Of a stretch of DNA of 64,000 nucleotides, positions 23,901 to 35,764 are shown in pieces. The translations under genes were made by a program, and so were the position numbers. Within the stretch, counting starts at the first letter, position 1. Every line of letters starts with the position of its first letter. The notes under the pieces were generated by a model, which worked only from the letters and a program-made list of their open reading frames with translations, made no database searches and was not told the origin of the DNA. This DNA is from Octopus sinensis (taxonomy: Eukaryota), in assembly GCF_006345805.1 (NCBI RefSeq), contig NC_043002.1, forward strand, positions 86,800,001 to 86,864,000. The letters run 5' to 3'.

Positions 23901-26753
23901 TTAGTTATCAATATGATATTCTCAACAAATCTGTGATTCCATAAGTTGTTTCCATTGATGTTTATTCTTCACTGCTCCAATCTTGCAGTCCAAAAGTATT
24001 TTTCAGGCATGTAAAGTTTAGGTAATACATTTCTTGGTCATACACCTTTCCTTATCTGGATGTTATTTCTTACACTATGAAGTCTGGTATGGAAGCATAT
24101 CTGCACTGTGTAGGTGAATGTTCTATCTATTTGTTGCCCCTACATAATCAGCAGTTGACCAGCATGATGGGTAGGTATGTTTACAGCCAGCAAACAAAAC
24201 TTCTAATATTAATGAATTTAATCGAAAATTAAAAAAATTTTCAGTATTTTAAATTGGCAATGTTGTTAAATTGTTGACCTTTTGGTCAGTATGCTATTAT
24301 GACATGCTTATACTTAACAAAGACACAATTCTAGCAATGTAAATGTTAATAGATTTCACAGAGATAAAGTTCACATCCTCCTCTTTTTTTTTTTTACTGC
24401 CTTGCTGTGTTAAAAATCTTGCTACCTCAAAAGAAAGCAAAGTAGCTGTATCACATACTAGTTTCTTAGGCTTTAGAAAGTTCTGTTATTCTCTCTGAAT
24501 ATCTATGCTTCTTCTGTTCTTGACACTTAAATACAACCAAGATGTAGTTAATTTTGTGATACAGATAAAGCAAATGGATTGGGCAGACCGGAAAGGTTAA
24601 TTTGTTAGGAAACTTTCATCCAGACATTTTGAGAATCATGTAAAATATTCTCTAATTACATATTTTTTAATTTTAGATTTTTGTCTACAAAAACTGGTAA
24701 TAATTGTTTCCCAATTTTGACCCGTAAATACTTAAGGGAATTTATTTAAAATACACAAGAAAAATTGAGACTTTTATGCCTCTTAGCACTATTGTAATGT
24801 CTTTTTATAGGCTTTAGATAAATGAGGTTTTAGAATTTTACTAGATAATCAGAATCTTTTTTTTTTTTTATGTATTTTAAATATTTATCAAAATGTAGCA
24901 AGTTTGTGAATGTTTTGCATTACCATGTTTTAAAGTTTAGAGCCCAATTTAGAGCTTTTAATTTCCATTGTGAATAGATAACTTATATTTTCAAGTTTCA
25001 TTCCACCACTGTTCTGAAGAGTCAAAATGATTGACATTTAAGTTAAACTTGACAATTCTTAAGTGTTGAGAGAAGTAATTAAGTAGGGGTGGGGTATAAA
25101 CTATCTAAGAATGGATGTGTGTGTGTATGTATATATGTATATATTTCTAGATAGCATATGGAATATCCTTCATCGTGGGCCAAACATTTTGCCAGTCTTG
25201 CTGAGTCTGAAGGTAACTTGCAAATATTTACAATGATTTATTGTAAATTCCCAGTTGGTGCAAAATAGATTTTATTTCATCTTGTTTATATACTACCTTT
25301 AGATTTTGCTGCATGTATTTTTATAGAGATGCTAGCATGTGTGCACATGTTTCAAACTCCATAAATATTTATTTAAAAATATGTTCAAGATTGTGAATTG
25401 ACCTATTTTTAAGACTTCATTTTGATTTTGTACAAGTTTATTTTAATCTTGGCGCTAAGTAGAAGTGTTTATTTTCTAATATCAGTAATGTACTGCTAAA
25501 TATTTTCTATTGTTTCCATGTAGAATAGTGTTGTAGTTTATGCCACCATAACTTATGTGCTCATTATTACTTTTCAGTTGGATAAGTAGCTGTAATACTG
25601 TATAATTACTGCTTGTAGATAAAAAAAAAATCTGTTAGACTTATTTATTATTGTCTTTGTCAAAAAAAGTTTATGGAGAATTAGTGAATAGCCTCTTTAA
25701 ATGTAATTATATAGATGTCATTAAATATTTTTAGGAAGTCTATCAGAATTTATGAAATTAAATCTTGTTTCTCTTTTAGATTTTCTACAAGTGAAAAGTA
25801 ATGTATTATTTAAAATCTGATTTAAATTTAGAAATGAATATCCAAGATATGTTCTTGGAATAATTTCAGTATATTGATCTAATGATTTGAAATGAATGTT
25901 ATGTCTTTTCAAAGTTTGAACAAACCTCATAGCTTGCAAAATTTAGATAATTCCCTCGGTGTTTAAACTTTGACAATTTGAAAGTAGCTATTTTTGATAT
26001 TGTGATATCTCTGAATTATATCTTATCAGTGAATTTTTTATTTATTATTTTCATCACTTTTGTTATGTTGAAGTTAGCAGTCTACAGATTGGACTCTTTA
26101 TATCTAAACAAGTGTCTTTATTAGTTTAGTTGCTTGAATGTTTTGTCTATATCTTTTGCTCTCATATTTAAAAAAAATCAAAACAACTGAACTGCAATTT
26201 AATTTATGAGCTTTTAATTTAAATCAGATGAACTTGTATTCAAAATATCAATTTAAAAAATTGAAATAACTGTGAGGTTTAAAAAATTGAGTGAAGCCAC
26301 ATTTTGTTGAGTTGTATTTCCAGATTCAATCAAAATTTTCTACAAGATAAATTAAATTGAATGTCATTTTTTGTATGTATCTTAGTATATATGATTGTAT
26401 ATATTAAGCAACACAGGATAATGTACATATATTCTGTGTAAGTACATATACATAGATGTTGGTATCAGTTCAATCTTTAGTGTACATTTTTTTTATATTA
26501 TCAGCATAGGTATATGTATATACAGATCTCAACATTTATATTTTCCCGATTTGTGTTGGATTGACTTAGAGAACTTGTTGGTTATATGTAATGAAGTATT
26601 TTCATTGATGATGTTTAACAAGTGTACTTTTATGTTGTTTGAACTGTTAGAAATAGCAGCCAAATCTTCTTGAGGGCAGTGTGATTTAAGGAAATTTACC
26701 TGCTATTTTTAATAAATGTAATGACTACATTGTTCAGAAGTTCGGAACTTTTG

Positions 26754-27885
26754 ACTGAGTTGTCCAAAATGTCCATTCAGTTTAAGCAAAAATGAGACAT
26801 TTTAAATACAAAGTGATTTATTCAGTCAGTGATATAACTATTGTTTCATTCCAGTATCTTCTGTCATCTTGTGGGCAGATCCATTATTCTCTGCTCAAAA
26901 GTTTTTTTTTCCTTTACTGGCAAAAAAACTCTTCCAGGCAAATTTTTACATCCTCTCCAGAGGTGAAGATCTGTTCATTCAATGAATTTTGAAGAGATAA
27001 AACTGTTAAAAATCTGAAGGTGCAAGCTGGGTGAATGTGGAGGTACAGCCTGCATCTAGGAAGAAGTGTGCAGTCTGGCATTGTCATGATGAAAGATAAT
27101 GCCCTTATGATCAGTACAGAATATATCTGAATTGATGGACTTGTCCTTAGAAGAAGCTTGTAAAAGGCAACACACCTTCTTTGGGTGAATTCCTGCTTTG
27201 GAGGTTGTGGTGGTTTACTGTGCTTCCCTTGTGATCATTTGCCCTTAGACACTACATTTTTTGTCCCCCATCACCATCCTCTTCAAAATAGGATCGTTTT
27301 CTTCACATTTCTGTGATGACTCACAAATGGAAATCTATTGAGCAAGGTTAGCCTCATTCAATTGCTGTGGCACCTAAACTTCAAGCCTGCCAACATGTCC
27401 AAGTTGATGCAGATTGTTTTCAACACTCAATTTGGATATTTGGAGAATATCTGTGATCACTCTGGTCATATAACGGGTTGGTGTCACTTTTAATCACTTT
27501 TGGCTGGCCAGAGTGAGGTGCATAGTGAGCTGAAAAATTTCCCAATTGCAATCTTGAAAACCATTTCTGGTACATACATTCTATAATAACATCCTCTCAT
27601 GTGCACATCTTTCTGCAGGTTTTTGCCACTTTCTTGTCTTTTTTGTTTTTTCAAATATAAAAGTATGAGGTGCTAATGATGTTCATTTTGGTTTTCCACT
27701 TTCAGGGTGATCCCAAGCACACAAAATACAAACAGTCTTGTTGCAAATTTGCATCAAACTATGTTGAAGTGTCGAGTATATAATGAGTGTGCATGTGCAA
27801 GGGACAAACTGAAGTTAGCTGTTTATTAGAGTGCTTGAAGTTTATGGTGTCAACAAAATCTGAAGACTTTTTGGTCAACCCATTA
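26754..27885 (-). mobile_element. Mariner transposon relic with both TIRs and a pseudogenised transposase
   Basis: TIRs ACTGAGTTGTCCAAAATGTCCATTCAGTTT and AAATCTGAAGACTTTTTGGTCAACCCATTA. Minus strand gives MYQKWFSRLQLGNF, ISICESSQKCEENDPILKRMVMGDKK, AGIHPKK, PPHSP.LAPSDF and SLNEQIFTSGEDVKICLEEFFASK...RIMDLPTR*QKIL. Confidence 0.85.
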
Positions 27886-28084
27886 GTTCCAGGAGCAAAT
27901 TTAAAAAAATTCATAGACATTCTTTTATTCCTGTTTTGGGCATTGGGCTGTGACCACACTGTGGCACTACTTAGAAGCTTTTAGTTAATCACATCGGCAC
28001 TAGTAATTATTTTAAATTTTGTTCTTATTCTATCAGTATTTGTTGCCAAACTGTTATGGGGATATAATCCATCCAATTGGTAAC

Positions 28085-28240
28085 AGATGTCTGTGTGTGT
28101 GTGTATATGACAGGCTTCCACAGTTTCCATCCACCAAATTCCCTCACAAGGCATGGTAGGCTTGGGCTGTAGTGTACTACACCCAGTGTTGTACAGTGGG
28201 ATTGAACCTGAAACCAAGGGTTTTAGAGAATTCAGCAAGT
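28085..28240 (-). mobile_element. tRNA-derived SINE head fragment
   Basis: CAGTTTCCATCCACCAAATTCCCTCACAAGGC...CAGTGGGATTGAACC; same family as 63331-63687. Confidence 0.65.
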
Positions 28241-30907
28241 AGCTTCAAATTTGAATGTGGTTGAGGGTTCCCTACCTCCAGTGTAGAGGCTCCCTTAAAC
28301 TTTTATATAAAATTTCTCTATTTTTAAGAGGATAGACTACAAAGGAAAATAACTGATTGGTTGTTTTTTCAGTATCTAGTGGGCCATTTCAGAGGTGGGG
28401 TGCAACTTTGTATGGTTGTCTAATCAGAAGTATTCACTGGAGAAGGTGATTGAAGTAATCTCTTGTCTTTTTATAATAAAAATAACATGACTATCTATGT
28501 ATACATTAGTGTTTTCTATGGGTGTATATCTTACATTTGTGTTTCCAATATCTTTCACCGTTCATTGATTTTTATACAAACTTTGGATTCACCAAAACAA
28601 GAATTACATTTATAATTTTAACCCTAATCTGTGTGTAATGGCAGATAGATGCCAAATGAATCTTGTATTCTAGAACTCATAAGAGCTGTTTCAAGTTTCT
28701 ATCAACAAAATGATAAAAAATGACATTTAGCTGATCTGATTCTGTCCTAGAAAAAAACCTACCATTTAGAATCATTTGCATTCTTGATTTCTGTGTGATG
28801 CTAATTTAAACATTTAATGCTTGTTCTAAATAGTTTTAACCCTTATATGTAATGTTTTGACACAGTTTGTCAGAAAATGACATTCTTTTAAAGCATCATC
28901 TCGATTTTATAGATGAATTTATTGTTTGGTTGTTGGTGTTTTTTTCTTTTGAAGGGATGTCATTGTTCACTCTTTCTGTGCATAAATTGTTCATCCATTT
29001 TATATTTTTTATCAAGTTCTTTATATAATTCAGTGTTGTGTGTGAGTAGGAGAGAGAATTGTTTTATAGGACTTGGTAACTTTATTGATCTCAGGGATGG
29101 GGAGTATAATGCCCCAGAAAACAAAGCTTTTTACTGTACTGAGTTTTATTTACTGATCTTGGTTATGACTATTCATTTTAGAGAGGGAATATAAAAACAA
29201 ATTTAGTGCCTTAAAATAGTAGAAAAGGCAGTTATGAAGTTTAAAGTGCATAAACCTTTGTATGTAAATATAAGAAAATTGAATCTAAGCCTCAGAACTT
29301 AAGTTGTACTGTCCATCTCTACTAAGATATAAAAATAATAATTTTTCTGGTAATTTTGATACAATTTCAATTAATTTACAGGAGGAGAGGTAGATGTTGT
29401 CAGCAAAATTTTATAGAATATACACAAATTATTTTGCTTTTAGTACCTTGCACTATTTTCTCAACACTTTTATTTAAACTTCACTTTTGAATTCTAGTTT
29501 TCTAATTGCATGTTTCCTTGCACATAAATTATGTGAATGTTATTATTATTGATGTGTATTAAAAATACAGTTCTGTAACACTTATTCTCATTTAGATTCA
29601 ACTTCGTGATAGGGTTTTGGAAGAAAAATAGACCTGACTATTACATATTTGTCTTCAGTGGTAGTACATTTGCGTTGACAGAGAAAATAAATGACAAATT
29701 TTGAAACTTTTTTTTTTTTTTTTGTCTGTGTACAATATTGAAACATGTTAATACAAGCTACATATTAAATGCATGGTTTACAAATAAGAGAAAATTCAGA
29801 ACTGTCATGGGAACAATCAGAATCTTTTGAGTGGCTGGAACCAGTAAAATTGTAAAACGATGAAAGGTATCATTCTATGGTACCACCATTTTCACCCTTT
29901 TTTGAGGTTGAAATTGCACTCAACATTAGAAAGCTATTTTCAGCTTTTAAACACTTCTTTTCTTTTTTCAGTAGTACTTTTCTATTCATCTGTAAAATAC
30001 TGCTATCCAGGCACAAGCATATTATTGAATACTGTTGTATTAAACTAATTTCTAAATTAAATTTGAAAATGATGGTACTGTCTCCTTGAATATGTACCAT
30101 AAATTCTAAATTTGATTCAGTTGTTTGCTGGACATTTCTAAACATTTTCTTTGTGGACCATATATTTTGGCTGAATAAGTACATTATTCTGTCACTATAC
30201 CTATTTGATCCAAGTTTTGTGTCAAATTATACAATATTCAGTTTTTACAATATATCTTCTTGATAGATAAATTCCCAATTCTGTTGTCAAACAGATTTTA
30301 GGTATATATTATCACTTCCTAAACAGTAACAACTGTGATTCAAGCCTTACCACTGAATCAGTTTCTCTTTTCTGACTCAAATTGTTTATACTAATATCTG
30401 ATATCAGGTACATTAAAAAATCTGAGCAGTTATTTCAGATATCGTCTTGTGTATTTGATTGTTGGCTTTAATGATAAATGCCAGTCCACAAGATCATCAA
30501 GCACTGGTTTAGTGATATGTCTTCTAAGATGTTACTGATCTTTTTGTATTGCACTGAAGTTTATTTGGAAATTGGAGAGGAAGTTGTGTATTTGTACGTG
30601 TTCATTCTTGGTGATTCAAAATATAATAAAAAAATATTCTTTCATTTATCTATCTCATGAGATCTTGATTTATAAAGCTTTAGTTTTAAACGAGCTGCAC
30701 ATTTAAATAATTGTTAACTGTAGAGGTATCTCAAAATTAGCTCTTTAGAAAATATTTTAAATATTCATGATTAAATAATTCTTTAATGTACATAAATTCT
30801 TAAGTAGATTTGTTTTTGTTTTCCTCAATGTTTTGGTTGCATAAATTATGTAAATGGTTACATAAATTGGCCTTAACTTTACACTTAATGGTGATTTGTA
30901 CCAGATT

Positions 30908-30965
<58 letters not shown>
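30908..30965. repeat. Compound (TG)n(TA)n(CA)n microsatellite (self-complementary)
   Basis: Seen directly, about 190 nt upstream of the coding-exon acceptor. Confidence 0.95.
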
Positions 30966-31089
30966 TGCATATATAATCTTTATTTTGACACTTTCCAATC
31001 TATGTAATAATTTACAATAACAAAATTTAGATATGTTTTTTTTGTTTTTTTATTGAATTGGAAAATATTTGCTAAATTGTCTTAATTTA

Positions 31090-31155
31090 TTTTAAATGTT
31101 CTTTTCTTCTCTTTTTGAAATCTAATTTGTTTCTCTTTTTCTTTCATTTTTTTAG
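31090..31155 (+). promoter_or_regulatory. 3' splice site of intron 1 (branch point, polypyrimidine tract, AG)
   Basis: TCTAAT at 31121-31126, T/C-rich tract and TTTAG|TTGTCATG. The exon starts 5 nt before the ATG. Confidence 0.85.
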
Positions 31156-31160
31156 TTGTC

Positions 31161-32012
31161 ATGGGAGCTTTTCTTGACAAACCCAAGACAGAGAAGCATA
31201 ATGAAGCGGGAATGGGAAATGGCCTTCATTTTGGCCTCAGCAGTATGCAGGGGTGGCGTGTGGAAATGGAGGATGCCCACACGGCAGTTATCGGCCTACC
31301 GCATGGCCTCACTGACTGGTCCTTTTTCGCTGTATACGATGGTCATGCTGGAGCTAAGGTATCGGCCTGCTGTGCAGCTCAGCTGATGGAGCATATTATT
31401 GCCAATGAAGATTTTCGGGGCAAGCTTGATGTCAGCCAGGGTACAGAAATCCTTCCCTCTATTATGGATGTGCAGAAAGGCATCAAGACCGGCTTTCTTA
31501 AGTTTGATGACTGCATGCGAACAATGCCAGAAATGGTTAGTGGGGAAGACAAAAGTGGCTCTACAGCAGTATGTGCTATTGTCTCACCAACACACATCTT
31601 CTTTGCTAATTGTGGAGATTCTCGGGCGGTGCTGTGTCGAGATGGTAAATGTCCGTTCTCAACTACTGATCACAAACCTGTAAATCCTATTGAGAAGGAA
31701 CGTATACAGAATGCTGGAGGCAGTGTTATGATACAGCGAGTCAATGGATCTTTAGCAGTATCCCGGGCTCTAGGAGACTTTGAATATAAAAATGTTGAAG
31801 GAAAAGGGCCATGTGAGCAGTTAGTATCTCCTGAGCCAGAAATTTTCACCGAATGTCGAAATGAGAAGGATGAATTCTTAGTACTTGCTTGTGATGGAAT
31901 TTGGGATGTCATGTCCAATGAAGAACTCTGTGATTTTGTTAGGAGTAGAATGCTCATTACTGAAAGTCTTGAAGACATTTGCAATCAAGTTGTAGATACA
32001 TGTTTATATAAG
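31161..32012 (+). CDS. PPM1A/PPM1B: First coding exon (284 codons) of a Mg2+/Mn2+-dependent PP2C phosphatase, PPM1A/PPM1B co-orthologue
   Basis: [141 protein letters not shown]. Phase-0 donor AAG|GTATGT at 32012/32013. The ORF-track tail [15 protein letters not shown] is intronic read-through. Confidence 0.97.
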
Positions 32013-33307
32013 GTATGTTGGTTTCTCTCTTTTTTTATTTTTGCTTTTTGGATAACTTGATTTTAATACCAAATGTTGAAAATATTTCTCTCATTCAGTA
32101 TTGTAAGTCAGTGATGGTGGTGAGAATATTAAACATGCTTATGAGTTCATTTGTATTAAGCATTTCATTTAACATTTTAATTTGAAATTGTTTGTGAATT
32201 GCTGTGTTTTGTTTTCTTTGATACCATGATGTCATTAAAAGCAACTTACTGAATATGTCAATATTATGTTATGTCAATCACTGAAGTAATACTCATGTTA
32301 GTCTTTAACACAATTATTATTAAATGCAGATAATCATTTTGACACAGCAATTATAATGTTTAACTTGTTTTGTAAATATATCTTTACAATACTTGATCAG
32401 TATTTGCTAAATTAGATGTAAATCATAATTATGATTTTGCTTATATGTACACACTAAAATATACACACATGTACATAAACCCATTAAATCATACATCTTT
32501 ATAAACACATCAAATCATGCATCTATACACACATACCATGTGTGTTTAAAATAGCTGGAAGCCTGTTCAGGAAATTTTGTTTACTTTGACAAGTTAGCTC
32601 AAAGTGAATTTTTGTTTTTATCAGTTTTATAGGAATTTTGGTCAGGAGTATGGTTGTCTGTAAAATAGTCATATATATTTCTCGCAAATTCTTTCAATTC
32701 ACAATATTATAATTAATGTAGGATGGCAAGAACAATGAATTAACAGAATTAGTTAAGTGATAAACAAAATACTTTATGGCATTTAGTCACATCTCTTTAC
32801 AAGCTTAATAAATTCTATCATGGCTTATTCTTCCATAAGCTCTTCTATAAACTCAGTATTAGGTGAGCACTGAAGTCAATTTAATTGCTTATAGTACCCA
32901 CTACACTGACATTCATGTGTTCTGAAAAGTTTGAAAATTTTCTTACATTTTCATTGATATTTGAACAGTATGTAATGTTTTAGTAGTATGTACATACTAT
33001 TTCATGGATGTACTGTTTTGATGGCATGTACATACACATTTTCATGGGCTATTTTAGAATAGATTAAAAGTAGATTCGTGTTTTATACAGATCTTGTTTA
33101 GTACCATTTGGCTTGTAAGATTATAAAATTTATGACAATGAATAGAATGTTTGCTGATTGATCCAAGATGTTTGCTGATTGATGTTCTTTTTAACATCAG
33201 ATATAAAATTTGAATAATCAGATGAAATGTAAATACACACAATTTAACTCTATAATCTTTTACCCAGAGTGCTCCTTACTTTGACTTATCTAGCATATAT
33301 ATATATA

Positions 33308-33531
33308 TCATCATCATCATCATCATCATCATTTAACGTCCGTTTTCCGCGCTAGCACGGGTTGGACGATTTCGACCGGGGTCTGGGGAGCTCGGGACTG
33401 CCCCAGGCTCCAGTCTAGTTTGGCAGTGTTTCTACAGCTGGATGTCCTTCCTAACGCCAACCACTCCGCGAGTGTAGTGGGTGTTTTTTACGTGCCACCT
33501 GCACAGGTGCCAGAGGGGTCTGGCATCGGCC
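33308..33531 (-). mobile_element. RTE 3' tail copy (CpG-rich, young)
   Basis: (CAT)n-TTAACGTCCGTTTTCCGCGCTAGCACGGGTTGGACG...; between TA runs. Confidence 0.88.
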
Positions 33532-33549
33532 ATATATATATATATTAAT

Positions 33550-35113
33550 AAGGGGGCTGTACAGGCCCTTAACAGAGAGGCTGTTAGTAGGGTTAGGATA
33601 GGCAATGAGTACAGTGAAGAATTCCGGGTAGAAGTTGGCGTCCACTAATCTCAGCCCTCAGCCCCCTTCTATTCATCATAGTCCTCCAGGCAATAACAGA
33701 GGAATTTAAGACGGGTTGTCCCTGGGAGCTCCTCTATGCTGATGACCTAGCCCTCATAGCAGAATCACTACCGGAACTAGAGAAGAAATTTCAGTTGTGG
33801 AAGCTAGGTTTAGAATCAAAAGGCCTTAGAGTCAACGTAGCAAAGACCAAAGTTCTAGTGAGTAGGAAGGCAAACTCACCACACACCTCTTCAGGTAGGT
33901 GGCCCTGCTCGATCTGTAGAAAACGTGTAAGTAGAAACTCCATAAGATGTACCCAGTGTAAGCTATGGACACATAAGAGGTGCAGCAATATCAAAGGAAA
34001 ATTAACTGAGAAGATAGCTTTCGTGTGCGACTGATGCATAGGGGCAATAGACACCATTGATACTCAGAGAACAGATTCCATTTTGTTGATAGTTTCTGCT
34101 ACCTAGGTGACCAAGTCAGTAGCAGGGGTGGATGCTCAGAGAGTGTTACCACTAGAATAAGAATAGCCTGGGCAAAGTTTAGGAAGCTTCTTCCCCTACT
34201 GGCGACAAAGGGTCTCTCGCTCAGAGTGAAAGGTAGATTGTATGACGCATGTGTGCGAACTGCCATGCTTCATGGCAGTGAAACATGGGCTGTGACTGCG
34301 GAGGACATGTGTAGGCTTGAAAGAAATGAAGCTAGCATGATCCGCTGGATGTGTAATGTCAGTGTCCATGCACGACAGAGTGTAAGCGCCCTGAGAGAAA
34401 TGTTGGGCATAAGAAGCATTGGATGCAGCGTGCAGGAGAGACCATTGCGTTGGTATGGTCATGTACTACAGATGGATGAGGAGAGATGTGTGAAGAAGTG
34501 CCACTCCCAAACTGTTGAAGGAATCCGGGGTAGAGGTAGACCCAGGAAGACATGGGACGAGGTGGTCAAGCATGACCTTCGTACTCTGAGTCCCACAGAG
34601 GCTATGACGAAAGACCAAGACCTCTGGAGATATGCTGTGACTTCGAAGACCCGACAAGTGAAGTGAGTTCATGGCTCGCAGGACGGCCTGCTGTGCTAAC
34701 CTTGGATCATAGAGTGACCCGTTGTTCTTGAGGAGACCTATTGAGTCAAGTACATCAACATTAGAATAAAAATTCAAATGGAAATTGTAGTTACGACACC
34801 CGTGCCGGTGACATGTAAAAAGCACTGTCCGAACGTGGCAGATGCCAGCACCGCCTGGCTGGCGTCCGTGTCAGTGACCCGTAAAAGCACCAACCGATCG
34901 TGACCGTTTTGCCAGCCTGCTCCAGCCCCTGTGCCGGTGGCACGTAAAAAACACCCACTACACTCAAGGAGTGGTTGGCGTTAGGAAGGGCATCCACCTG
35001 TAGAAACACTACCAAATCAGACTAGATCCTGGTGCAGCCTCCATGGCTTCCAGACCCCAGTCAAACCATCCCACCCATGCTAGCATGGAAAGCGGACGTT
35101 AAATGATGATGAT
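33550..35113 (+). mobile_element. 5'-truncated RTE-clade LINE: RT palm to C-terminus, 3' UTR, (GAT)n tail
   Basis: VRIGNEYSEEFRVEVGVH*, LSPLLFIIVL, ELLYADDLAL (YADD 33735-33746), LRVNVAKTK, FCYLGD, RIRIAWAKFRKLLPLL, LYDACVRTAMLHGSETW, RLERNEASMIRWMC, RGRGRPRKTWDEVV. Few disablements. Confidence 0.95.
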
Positions 35114-35729
35114 AATATATATAACCAAAACTTACCATGTGATCTTGTTAAATTTATATCAGTGCTTCCATAGGGACTGGGGAACAAAGGTATGCATCCA
35201 ATTTGAAGCTTTGTGCTTATGTTAGAAATCAATATGTGCTGGATTTATTTTCAGACAACTTATTGAAGCAAGATGTTGATTGTCATCAGGATTTGTAGCA
35301 TTGTTTATTGATGCCTGTTCAGTGTACTTTAAATACAAAAGAATTCTAAATTTGTGGGAAGTTTATTTATATGATAAAACTAAATTTTTATAGAACTAAT
35401 TTGAACTTTTTTAAATATATTTTGTTCATTTTGTTGAGTTTGTTGGAACTGTTTTGTTATTCACAATATTTTGCGAATTGAAATGCAACTTTTGATTTGA
35501 TATAATGAACCTTTTAGAAATAATGAGAATAGGGTTATTTTCTACAACATTCTAAGAAAAATTTTTTATTAGTCCAGATTCTTCTTGCACATTGAGTTAC
35601 AGTTGCTTTTGCTTTAGCTTTTTTTTTACTTACTGATCATGTTCTTGACCAGATGTCATCATGTTTTGAATTATGAATCCATCCCACTGAAAATAACACT
35701 TAAAAGTAGTAATATTGTTTTAGAATATT

Positions 35730-35764
35730 GCGGACGTTAAACGACGATGATGATGATGATGATG
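35730..35764 (+). mobile_element. Ultra-short RTE tail insertion
   Basis: GCGGACGTTAAACGACGATGATGATGATGATGATG; the same terminal signature recurs at about 58985-59016. Confidence 0.7.

Noticed and set aside
25014-25040. CTGAAGA followed by a GTCAA/TTGAC stem
   Set aside because: No GAAA after the stem, so not a hammerhead. The same applies to CTGAAGA-GTTAA/TTAAC at 48472-48495.
31379-31984. Antisense ORFs over the PPM1 exon
   Set aside because: Expected shadow ORFs of a real coding sequence.
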